DNA of 64,000 nucleotides, from NCBI GenBank assembly GCA_951406725.2, contig OX597820.1:67580001-67644000 (forward strand), read 5' to 3'. The DNA is from Octopus vulgaris. Its lineage: Eukaryota. Shown piece after piece: positions 14,665-26,665 of the stretch; the first letter of the stretch is position 1; each line of letters opens with the position of its first letter. The translations under genes were made by a program, and so were the position numbers. Below the pieces are notes generated by a model that did no database searches, was not told the DNA's origin, and saw only the letters and a program-made list of their open reading frames with translations.

Positions 14665-15445
14665 CGTGAAGGTACCAAGAAGTAACCAAAAGCAAGCCCT
14701 TTGTAGTTCAGGCTTCTGCCGCTAGAAGCCACTTGATGCAACCCTCAGGTATCAGTATGTCGACTGGCGTCGTCTGGTGTAGTCCTACTGCCACGTTCTG
14801 CGTCTTTGCTTTGCAGTGCTTCTCCCCTGTTCGATTTTTGCGATGGTTGAAACGAAAGAATAGCGTGCTTCCGTAAAATTCTGGTTTCTGATGGGGAAAA
14901 CGGCAGCCGAAACAGTTGTCATGCTTCAAGCAGATTATAAGGACGCTGCCATGAGCAAAACATAAGTTTACGAGTGGTTTCCTCGCTTTAGGAATGGTCA
15001 GTTGTCGCTTGAAGAACAACCTTGTTCAGGACGATCGTCGACCTCCCGAACGAATGAAAACATCACGAAAATTCTTGAATTGATGTTGGAAGAATGTGAC
15101 CGAATAACTGAAGAACTTGTTGATATGATTGATATGTCATGGAGCTTCTGCCAACGAATTTAGAGCGAGGAATAGCGAATGAAAAGTGTCGCAACAAAAT
15201 TTGTGCCTCGCTTGCTTACGAACGTTGAAAAACAGTCACGACCGAATGCATGTCGTGAACTGAAAGAACAGTTGGAAGATGATTAGGATCTTTATTTAAA
15301 AGGTCATTACTGGTGACGGAAGCTGGTGCTACAGAATTTGCAGATGTGGAAGAGATGAAGAAAAAATCGAAGGAGGCGACAAAAGGCATTACTTCGTAAG
15401 TGTTCCAGCACTGCTTTCATCAGGGTGAAAACGCACCTGGACCAT
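14665..15445 (+). pseudogene. Internally deleted mariner transposase remnant
   Basis: From ATG 14843: MVETKE*RASVKFWFLMGKTAAETVVML..VYEWF.RF..EEQPCSGRSST..KFVPRLLT..VITGDGSWCY, then jumps to FADVEEMKKK. The HDNA and YSPDLAP segments are missing; several stops. Confidence 0.88.
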
Positions 15446-15894
15446 TTTGTTTTCTGCGACATTTTTCTTTGCCGTCACTTCTTTTCCCTGCGATTTCTCC
15501 CCAGTGAGTTAAAAAAAAATCTTTTCACCTGGATTCGATATAACGATATAGTAGCAAGCAAATATACCTTCGCCATTATCGTTAGAAGTTACGATATTAT
15601 GGTGACATCGAACAACTACTTAATTCGTCTCTTGTCCGTAGGACATTAAGAGTGTCACAAACGAGCATCTTCTTGTTATTATTATAACCAAATGCATGAA
15701 CACACAATTACATACAATCAACATCCATACACACGCATGCGTATATACACATATTCATATGCACATAATGTTTATAATAGCTTTATCGGCATTCGGTAAT
15801 GTCTTTCGGTGGGACATTAAAACATGGTATTTGTGACTAGGACTAGAAATTCTTTGGGATTTTAACATAAAAACCGTATCACTTTAAACAACAA

Positions 15895-15949
<55 letters not shown>

Positions 15950-15952
<3 letters not shown>

Positions 15953-16945
15953 CGTAAAGTGCATCTGTTTATTGTACAGGCATTACTCAGAAGTGCTCAG
16001 ATAAAAGACCCGAGACACAAAGGTTTAAAAAATGTTAAGGAGGATATCAGATTGGTTCAACAATTTATTTATACATATATTCTGCCATAGATTAATGCAT
16101 ATCAGTCTTTAAAATATACCAATGTATCAAGTATCTGTCGTTAAAATGTTAAAAAATATATATGTGTAAGAAATATTAAAACACACACACTTAAAGGATA
16201 TAGCCAAAATTACCAGCAGATATTTGTATATATATATATATAAACACACAGTTGTGTATATGTGTATATATTGTAATCTTGTAATCTTCCAATGCTGAAA
16301 CACGTGTAGTTCCTTCATATTTAATAAATTTAAGTATTAACTAAAGTAGGAGATAATTAATGGGTATATATTATACTTCATTAATGTTGACTATATCTTT
16401 TAAGTATTATTTCGTGATATGCAACCTGATACCATGAGTTTACTTTCCAATATATTCAGTAGGTTATTTTTGTATTTTCTGAAATAGAATACCCGCATAT
16501 CGATTAATGCCCCAAAATAATAGAAAAGCATTTAACAATATTTCTTAAAATAAAAATATAACTTATCTTATCGAAGGATTTTCGTTAACTCATTATAGCT
16601 AACTTATTTATAGTTAATTCACGTATTTATTTGATAATTAGTAGAAGTTAAGATAAGTACATTTATTCTCTTATTATTTTTTATTATTTGTTATCTTAGA
16701 CCTGATGAGTGACTATATTTTTACATAGAATTAAATTTAGTTCGATTTAATTTTAAATCTAATTGGTTTTATTATTATCTATTTGAAAATATAGCCATGA
16801 AACGCGCGTAGTCTTTTTACTACTATTTACTATTTATGGTACTTTATTGATTTTTAGAATAAGTTTTTTTTTAATAGAATATGTTTTCTATATGGTCTGA
16901 ATAACATCTTTATTGAATTGTTTAATAGAGGTTTTTCTCTAAATT
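15950..16945 (+). mobile_element. TA-flanked AT-rich non-coding element carrying a hammerhead motif (Penelope-like)
   Basis: Bounded by (TA)n on both sides; hammerhead at 16698-16814. The 3' end ttaatagaggtttttctctaaatta resembles the arm ends of the 31686-31941 hairpin. Confidence 0.55.
16698..16814 (+). ncRNA. Type-I hammerhead ribozyme motif with extended stem II
   Basis: agac-CTGATGA-gtgactatatttt...aaaatatagccat-GAAA-cgcgcg-TA-gtct; palindromic stem III acgcgcgt. Confidence 0.75.
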
Positions 16946-17732
16946 ATATATATATATATTTACACAGAGGAATATGTGTTTAGTGTCTCGATGGATATGT
17001 GCTGAGTGTACGCAGTTTGAGCAATTATATTATGTTTCAAATTAAGCAAGTAGGATTTCAAACGTTTAACTATAGTGTAATCTATTGTAAATCCTTTTGC
17101 TTCCCAGGCCGAAGAAGAAAACAAAAAAGACTCATAATGTCATCTTTAAACATTGCCTTTGTCTTCATCGAACTTTTCATTCGTTTCAATGAACCTAATG
17201 TTAAAGTTTCTTATAGTTTGTTATATGAAGCTAATCTAAATCTCTTGGGCAATTTCTTGCATGCTACACTTAAGTGTATGAGCGTGTAGTTTCACACACA
17301 CACATTCATCTACACACACACACACACACGCACACACGCACGTATATATATATATTTATATGTCATCTATTTAAACATGTTATTGGTTTCATTAGTGTAT
17401 TTCGTATGTTTTATCCTATTATAATACTTCGCTCCCACCAACCAACTCCATTGCTTCGCATATAAGGAAAGAAGGCAGCGCATTCATTCTTAACGAGTAT
17501 ATACATACTAAGAGAAAACATTAATTGCAGTGTTCGTAAGGACTCTATCGGGTTTCTTACTTGAAGGCTCACATTTTCCGCATTAGCCTCCTTAGGGAGC
17601 CAGGCTTTTATATACTCCATGAGTTTTCCGGCCTTGCATTAAAGTTTTAGAATATCACTTCACAGTATAATTAGTTGCATACTCACGGCTTCCAAATTAT
17701 CCATTCTCTTTTCTATAGCCATTTTTCTTTTA

Positions 17733-17811
<79 letters not shown>

Positions 17812-17841
17812 AGTAGTCGTGGTGGTGGTAGTAGTAGAATA

Positions 17842-17937
<96 letters not shown>

Positions 17938-18027
17938 CATTATTATTATTGTTATTATTAGATCGGTGTCGTTCTACAGGATAAGATCATGTAGTTAAAC
18001 ATTGAGCCAGCTGCTTCACAATATAAG

Positions 18028-18064
<37 letters not shown>

Positions 18065-18330
18065 ACACACACACACAGACACACACACACACACACGCAC
18101 ACACACACATTGTTTATAACAATCTCACTCAGTTAATATAAGTAACTTCTAACAAACGTGTTGAACGCTCCTTTCGCTTAATCACTCACTCATATATATA
18201 TATATATATATGTGTAAATATGTACGTGTGTGTTTGTGTGTGTGTGTGTGTTTATTTATACATATTTATGTCCACAAACGCACATACATATATGCAACCG
18301 TACAATGCATTTATATATATATATATATAT

Positions 18331-19090
18331 ACGGTGATACAGAACTAAATTCATTTTTTTAAATGTCTTGCTTTGAAAAACTGCATTTGGGTATGATTAG
18401 TATAATTTTGGTAGTAATGACTTAGTCCCTCTTAGTGTGAGGCATTTATGTGTAATAATGCCCTCTATACAATATAGATATAATTAATTTATTCAAAAGA
18501 AAGGAATTATTTTCGAATTCTTTTCTTTTATGAGGTTTTCACGCTAACTACCCGATAATTTCTTGTTAAGATTCCTTATTAAGAGGTTATCCTTAATTGT
18601 TAAACTTATTCCGAAATACTTTTTATTACCCGACATGCAGTTCGTAAAAAGCCCGCCATTTACCGGATATATGATTTATAAACATTCCATGTGCTTGGCC
18701 GGAGTGATCAGTTGTCTGGTCGTCTTCGCTACGTAAGGTTGGTAGTTTATTTATGATGTGTTCAGAATCAGTTCTGCTGAGGATCATAAGACGCAAGTTG
18801 AATGTGAAATCACGGTGATACAGAACTAAATTCATTTTTTTAAATGTCTTGCTTTGAAAAACTGCATTTGGGTATGATTAGTATAATTTTGGTAGTAATG
18901 ACTTAGTCCCTCTTAGTGTGAGGCATTTATGTGTAATAATGCCCTCTATACAATATAGATATAATTAATTTGTTCAAAAGAAAGGAATTATTTTCGAATT
19001 CTTTTCTTTTATGAGGTTTTCACGCTAACTACCCGATAATTTCTTGTTAAGATTCCTTATTAAGAGGTTATCCTTAATTGTTAAACTTAT
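18331..19090 (+). mobile_element. TA-flanked partial-tandem element: 279-bp direct repeats (18331-18609 = 18812-19090), 481-bp unit, with hammerhead
   Basis: Repeats nearly identical (one substitution noticed: ttattcaaa/ttgttcaaa); (TA)n directly at both ends. Confidence 0.85.
18770..18827 (+). ncRNA. Type-I hammerhead ribozyme motif
   Basis: agttctg-CTGAGGA-tcat..atgt-GAAA-tcacggtga-TA-cagaact: 7-bp stem I, near-palindromic stem III atcacggtgat, weak stem II. Confidence 0.72.
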
Positions 19091-19108
19091 ATATATATAT
19101 ATATATAT

Positions 19109-20658
19109 ATCGGGTTGACCAAAAAGTCCATTGGGTCTTTGTTGATACCAAACTTCAAGCACTTTAATAAGTAGTTAACCTCACACTGTGCTTTGAGCAT
19201 GCACATCCATTAGATATTTGATATTTCAACGTAGTTGAACGCAAACTTGCGATGAGGCGGGTTGTATTTTGTGTCCTTGGAATCACTTTGAAAGTAGGGA
19301 ACCAAAACGAACAATATCGAGGCTCATGCATTTTTTTAATTTTAAAAAGGGTAAGAGAGTGGTAGAAACCTGTAGGAAGATATGCACTGTGTACAGAGAA
19401 AACGCTGTTATCAAACAAGTGCGTCAGAAATGGTTTTCAAAATTCTGATTGGAATATTTTTTGCTTCAAGAAGCATCTCGCTGTGGCTGGTCAACTGAGA
19501 ATTACTTTGACACCAATCCCCGTTATGAGATCAGGATGATCCCGATATTTCCCAAATATCCAAATCGAGTGTTGAAAACTATCTGCAGCAGGTTGCTAAT
19601 GCCGGTAAGCTCGATGTTTGGGTCTCACAACAATTCAATGAAGCTAACCTCACCCAACGGATTTCCGTCTGCAATTCATTGCAGAAGCATGAAGAAAACG
19701 AAGGCGGCGAGCTGGCAGAATCGTTAGCACGCCGGGCGAAATGCTTAGCAGTATTTCGTCTGCCGTTACGTTCTGAGTTCAAATTCCGCCGAGGTCGACT
19801 TTGCCTTTCATCCTTTCCGGGGTCGATAAATTAAGTACCTGTTACGCACTGGGGTCGATATAATCGACGTAATCCATTTGTCTGTCCTTGTTTGTCCTCT
19901 CTGTGTGTAACCCCTTGTGGATAGTAAAAAAATAGGTATTTCGTATGTCTATCGAGCCCGAAAGGTATTTCGTATATATAGCGATAAATTAAGTACCAGT
20001 TGCGTAATGCGGTCGACCTAATCGACTGGCCCTCCATCCCCCAAAATTTCAGCCTAGAGTAGAAAAGAAGCGTGAAGAAAACGGCCCTCTTTTTAAAGAG
20101 AATGGTAACAGGAGACAAAAAATGGGTTATCTATAACAACGATTATGGGGGAAGCATGGCGAGTCACCACAAATAATCTCCAAAGCAGGACTTCACCCGC
20201 AGAAAGTTTTGTTTTCAATTTGGTAAGATTGGAAGGGCGTTGTCTTTTAGGAGCTTTTCCCACAGACAACACCATCGATTCGGATATGTACTGTGATCAA
20301 CTGGACAAATTAAAAGAATCGATCTACAAGAAGCGCCCAGCAGGTGCTAATCGTGTGTTTCCGTTCATCATGACAAAGCCAGATGCAGTAGAAGTTACTG
20401 GTGCTTGGGTGGAATATTTTGCCGCACCCCACCCCATTTTCGCCCGATCTTTCACCTTTAGATTTCTACCTGTCTCTTCAAAATTCACGGAGAACTTTTC
20501 ACCAGTAAAGACAGGAAATTCTTTGAGCAGGGACTAATGGTTCCATCAAGACGGCAGAAGATACTGGAACAAAATGGTAATTATATCATTGATTGAATAA
20601 ATCGCTTTGTGTTTAAAACTTGTGTCTTATTTTTTGCTTAGAAAAACCAAACGGACTA
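19109..20658 (+). pseudogene. Decayed near full-length mariner transposon interrupted by a SINE B dimer
   Basis: KKGKRVVETCRKICTVY..QKWFSKF, KLDVWVSQQFNEANLTQRISVCNSL, KRMVTGDKKWVIYNN, TIDSDMYCDQLDKL..KKRP, HHDKAR, PFSPDLSPLDFYL, QKILEQNGNYIID*. Degenerate TIRs next to TA at both ends. Confidence 0.9.
19701..20065 (+). mobile_element. SINE family B heterodimer with 18-bp TSD
   Basis: Head aaggcggcgagctggcagaa..gagttcaaattcc. TSD agaagc(a/g)tgaagaaaacg at 19683-19700 and 20066-20083. Confidence 0.93.
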
Positions 20659-20708
20659 TATATATATATACACACACACATATGCATGCATACATATATA
20701 CGCACGCA

Positions 20709-20760
<52 letters not shown>

Positions 20761-21063
20761 AAATTAGTGTACATTTATGCACAAAAGAGGTGACCCTAAC
20801 AGGACACCTTACATGCTAAAAGGAGCAGCCAAAGCCCAAACCACGGTTAAGAGTAATTTCGAAGGAGATCAAAAATAAAAACATTTTCAACAGTTACCAC
20901 TTGTACCTAGGTTTCGAACATTAATGAACAAATGAAATAATTTGCTATCCGTGTTCTTATCAGCAAGGGCACTAAAATATAACGTGTAATTATATGTTGT
21001 GTATTGACTATTTTATGCAAACTAGCCACTGGTATAGATTTATCTAATTTCCCTGCCCTACAT

Positions 21064-21142
<79 letters not shown>

Positions 21143-21146
<4 letters not shown>

Positions 21147-21323
21147 CAGTGTACATTTAAATACATTAAGAAGTTTCCATCATAGGAATCCTTTACGCTA
21201 GAAGGAACAGTTAAAGTCCAAACCACTTATTAGGGATAAATGGTTTGGACTTTAGCTGTTCCTTCTCGCGTAAGGGACCCCTATGATGGAAACCTCTTAA
21301 TGTGTTTAAATGTACACTGTATT
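21143..21323. repeat. Long inverted repeat (about 88-bp arms, about 5-nt loop) in a TA-flanked island
   Basis: aatacagtgtacatttaaa...ccacttat taggg ataaatgg...tttaaatgtacactgtatt; arms complementary with scattered mismatches. Confidence 0.92.
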
Positions 21324-21465
21324 TTGTATGAATAATATATAGTCTATTGACTAATTCTTCTATACGCTAGGCCACAGGTAGTAAAAATTTCTAAAATCTT
21401 TATTACCTTGATATTATTAACTATATACATATATATATATATATATGTGTATATATATATATGTA

Positions 21466-21651
21466 TGGGGGTGGGGGTGGGGAAGTCGATCTAATCGACT
21501 GCAGTACACAACAAGTACTTAATTTATCGACCCCAAAAGGATGAAAGGCAAAGTCGACCACGGCGGAATTTGAACTCAGAACGTAAAGACAGATGAAATG
21601 CCGCTAAACATTTTGTTCGACGTGCTAACGATTCTGTCAGTTCGCCGCCTT
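21466..21651 (-). mobile_element. SINE family B monomer
   Basis: Reverse complement of the B head and body (aaggatgaaaggcaaagtcgac..gaatttgaactcagaacg..cgccgcctt). Confidence 0.88.
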
Positions 21652-21926
21652 AGCAGGGTTTAAAATTGAGTATTAATTATCTCTTCCTATGAAATAACAA
21701 AAAAAAAACAAAAAAAAAAACAGAAATAACAATAGAAACAGAGTAAAAAAGAAAAAGAAAAAGAAACAAATATGAGTGAAATGACACTGTCTGTAGCGGG
21801 GAAGAAGTGAGCATATGTACATATGTATATATACGTATATGTTTACGTACATGTGTAAATATGTATATATATGTATATGTATTTATATATATATATGTAT
21901 ATATATATATATAGTCATACATCTAT

Positions 21927-21975
<49 letters not shown>

Positions 21976-22922
21976 CACACACAGGCAGGCACACACATAT
22001 ACGCAATATTTTAACTCTAAATGAAAGTTTCGTAATTATAGTGATAAAGAAAAAGAAGAGAGGTAGAAAGTGGAGACATAGACAGTGATTGAGACATAGA
22101 AAGATGAGGTGCAATGATGAATTTAGTAAAAAAAAAAGGGTTATAAAGACAATAGAATTAGAGACACGAAGAAACTGAGTCGATATTAGGAGAGTAGTAA
22201 TTTAAGATTTCATATACCTTCATTATGGAATAAATGTTATGATAGGGTAAAAGAAGAACATAAAGCTCAAGGAATGCTGGTAGATAGATAGTTAGATAGA
22301 TATAGAGAGAAAGTGAAAGAGAGAGAGAGAGAGGTAAGCAAATGAAAGAGAGAAAGAAAGAAATCTAATAGAGAAGGAGAAAAAGAGACGAGACCGACAA
22401 AGAGACGTGATAAAACTTTTAAACAAAAAACAAAAAACACAAAAAAACACAGATTTTTAAAAGGAATGAAATATCTAGACAATGATACAAAAATAAATAT
22501 AATAATAAGGTGGAATAAAATAAAAGAGAGAATAAAAGAAATGTTCATGCCATTAGAATTACCTTTTCCAGGATTGATGACAGATTACCAGTGTATTCCG
22601 TGTTGATAATATTATCAGAATTATATTTGGGGGGAATATAAATATAAAAAAAAAAAGATGGAGTACAAAATCGATAAGAAACATTTACGCATTATTTTCT
22701 TTGATATGTTTTTTTCGTCTAATCCTCCCACACATACAAATGCTGACTTTACCTGAAGGATATTTTACGATGATGATACATATTCAACATAATGATCATT
22801 TTAGTAAAGATCAGTTGTCTTGAAATTATATAAATTTTTGATGCTTTTGTGTTTCTAAAAAAAAAATCTTATCATACATGTAACAAGGGATAACTAATTT
22901 ATTTATTTATTTATTAATCTAT

Positions 22923-22953
<31 letters not shown>

Positions 22954-23521
22954 CTTAACTGATTCTTGAATATTTTATTAATTCGATTCATGCAAAAAAC
23001 CTCTCCAAAATATGAAGAGTAAATAAATGAAAGAAACAAATGGAAAAAAATATATCGGTAGCAATAATGTAATAATTATGAAAGCCATATGCAATTCAAC
23101 AAAGCACAAACACTAAATACTGCTCAGAGACTTTTTAATACTTCACACATAAAATGCGTCACATACACACGAATAGTTATATATATATGAAGTTATACAT
23201 ACATATGTAAATACATACATACATGCATACATACATACATACATACATACATACATACATACATACATACATACATACACACGCACATACATACATACAT
23301 ATATATGTACATATATATGTATGTGTGTATGTATGTATGTATGTATGTATGTATGTATGTATGTATGTATGTCTATCTATCTATGTATCTAGCTATTATT
23401 TAACCGGCAGAAGCTAGTGAGTGATTTAAGGGCCGAGAGTTTTGTTCCTTGGCATTTATGAAACAGTTTTCAAATAAGGAGTGATTAATTATGTGTATAT
23501 ATGTGTATATGTGTATCTCTA

Positions 23522-23589
<68 letters not shown>

Positions 23590-23984
23590 TATATACATAC
23601 ATATATGTATATGTATGTATACACACACACATATACACATAATCATATTTATCATAAATTATATTTATCATTTCAGTCGTTCTATATAAATGTAATAACT
23701 CTAATTCGAAACCAGCTTAAGTGACAGCACACAAAACCCTCGGCCCTTGAATCACAGTCTAACTTCTGTAGTTTAAATAAAAATATAAATACGCTTGTTT
23801 TGAGTTCCATTTTCCTGTTTGTATCACGAAACACAACACCCATAATCGTTTATTCATTCATACATATATATACATACTCATATATGCATATATAAAAATG
23901 TATTCAAGTATGCATATATAAAACTGCATTCGTTACTGATAATCGAAGATGATTGGTAGCATGTTCCAGACAAAAATTTCATAC

Positions 23985-24420
23985 GAGGATAGGTGCTAGA
24001 AAGCAATTACTACATTTTTAGTAACCAACATTATCTTAAAGAACAGCAATGGTTAAGAAATCGCCCCCACCTTTGCAACCAAATGATGGGAACATTTTTT
24101 ATCAGTGTTTCTAATCCCATCTACAGGATAATTGGAAATGATTCTTGGATGATTGCTTTGTACTTTAAAAATAAGGAAATCCTTACAAGATTCCATAAAT
24201 TAATCAATACCATTCATAAATCGATCCAATTTCCTATGGGAAGAAATGAAATAGAACTTCCTACTCTGGGAATATTGATAATTAGGGAAAATGGACTATT
24301 ACAGATGATCACTACTGCTAATATACGGTCATGTACCAATACTTAGAATTCTGATCCTTCCATCCATCCCGATCAAGAGGAAATATCCCCTTTAATATGG
24401 TAAACATGTGCTATAGCTAC
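23985..24420 (+). pseudogene. Penelope-like element reverse transcriptase fragment
   Basis: LESNYYIFSNQHYL, GTAM-like, RFLDDCF (cross-frame), RFHKLINTIHKSIQFPM..ELPTLGILIIRENG, YLEF*SFHP..NIPFN. These match the PLE RT palm/thumb pattern (F...LN..H..I.FT.E...LPFLD; YL...S.HP). Confidence 0.8.
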
Positions 24421-24598
24421 TGACGGAATAGATAGCTAAATAGAGAAGAGAGGGAGGGAGAGAGAAAGAGAGAGGGATAGTGAGTGAGAGTGAGTGAGAA
24501 AGAAAGTGAGAGGGAGAGAGAGGAAGAGAGGGAGGCAACTGGAAAAACTAAAGCTATTCTTCCATCGACAAATTATCCGAAAAAGAAATCAAGTAATT

Positions 24599-24757
24599 AT
24601 AGGCGTAGGATTGGCTGTGTAGTAAGTAGCTTGCTTAAGAACCACATGGTTCCGGGTTCAGTCCCACTTGGGTAAGTGTCTACTACTATAGCCTCGGGCC
24701 GACCAAAGCCTTGTGAGTGGATTTGGTGGGCGGAAACAGAAAGGAGCCCGTCGTTTA

Positions 24758-24847
<90 letters not shown>

Positions 24848-25072
24848 GTGTGTGTGTATATGTTTGTGTGTCTGTGTTTGTCCCCCAACATTGCTTGACA
24901 ACCGATGCTGGTGTGTATACGTCCCCGTAACTTAGCGGTTCGACAAAAGAGACCAATAGAATAAGTACTAGGCTTACAAAGAATAAGTCTTGGGGTCGAT
25001 TTGCTCAACTAAAGGTGGTGCTCCGGCATGGCCACAGTCAAATGACTGAAACAAGTAAAAGAGTAAAAGAGT
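24599..25072 (+). mobile_element. SINE family A, full length with expanded internal (TA)n
   Basis: Same head and tail as 4570; tail gtaaaagagtaaaagagt. Confidence 0.94.
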
Positions 25073-26124
25073 AATTCTATAAACTATAACCAAGGCAAAA
25101 TATACTCGAATCCTTAATTACTGAATAGGAAGTACAAACAGGAATATTTTATTTATAATCATCATCACTTCCATGTTCTGGTATACAGAAGCGTGTTAGA
25201 AATAAGCGTACACACACCCGGCGTGCTAACGATTCTGCCTGCTCTCCGCTTTATATATAAACCTGATGAATGATGTGAAAGTGCGTGGTTTAATGCTTTG
25301 AGTATTCGGCTTATGAAAAATATGTATTGGGTTCAGTTTATAGACCGGATGGAGCTTTGTGAGCTTGCTGAAATGGTACCTTTCTCTCTCCTTCCAGTTA
25401 TGAAATCCTGGATCTACCCCTGCACCAGAGGCTGGTAGAGTCAAGAGGTCCTCTATACTTGCTCGCAACTAAATAGTCATCCAAAACAATTAGTGAGAAT
25501 ATGGTACATGGTAACAAGCTTGAATGTTTCGCGAGCGTTGTCTGGCCCTAATTCAGTATAAGACACTTATCCAGCGTATCAACCAGGAAGAGGAAGGGAT
25601 CGAATCTGGAAACGCGTGGTTGTGAAATAAGTTTCTTACCCACATAACCATGTCTCTAACTATTGAATTCACAAAGCATTTAGTAAAGCACTCCACCGTT
25701 TGTTCTGTTACTTCATAGCATACCATCAATAATTTCTTATTTTTGTTTGTCTGATTGAATAGATACACGACGCAAAAGTATTCTTTGGTAGCGAACCATC
25801 TTTCAGTGTGAAACCCCGCAGCAAACTGTGTCTGCATTGTGGGTGCGAATCTTTGTGATTTGGGATTTAAAGCAAGTAGAGTGCAAGGGATTTAGTAAAA
25901 GCGATTTTGCTTCTATAGCTATAGCATGGTATCGAATATTTTCATAGAGAACTCCTCGCTTGTTCGTATTTTCAGAGCTTGTATATGAATAGATTTGTAT
26001 CTGTGTGAGTGATATATAGGTTATAGAACAAAAGTGATTGTCTTATTTTGGTTTACATGGAATATTATCAGTCACAATAAGCTGACACACATTTGTATTG
26101 AATTTACGGAGTTATTATTGGTTC

Positions 26125-26665
26125 ATGCATGTCTATTGTCTAGCAAATTGTGAGTGAAATTTGATACACGGAAACTGTACAGAAACCCGCTGGATATATA
26201 CATGCATACAAACATACATACAAGCACACACAGACACACCGACAAGCACACATATATATAAACTTTCATACACATACATTCGTGCACACACACGCATAGA
26301 TGTTCATACTTATATATGTATATATACATATATATATACATATATGAGTACATATATTTATACATATATAAGCATATAAGTATACATACACACACACACA
26401 TATATACACAGGTATATGTACGTGCGCGCGCGCGCGTTTGTGTGTGTATTGTTGTCAGATGGCAGACTCAGCACTCTGAACATAAATACCTCTGGTATTT
26501 TGTTAGAGCTCGGTTACTTTACGTCTGGTCGACCATTATAGGAAAATAAAATATCAAAAAAAAAAAAATTACTGGAGTCGATCCGTCAGTCTTGACCCTT
26601 TGAGAGTAGTGCCCGAACAAGATCGCAGATCAATAAATGGAAGCAGTAAATAAATAAATGAATAA
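26125..26665 (+). mobile_element. Highly diverged SINE A remnant
   Basis: tgtgagtgaaatttgatacacggaaactg..aacccg then microsatellite; 3' remnant actggagtcgatccgtcagtc..gtgcccgaacaagatcgcag. Confidence 0.5.
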
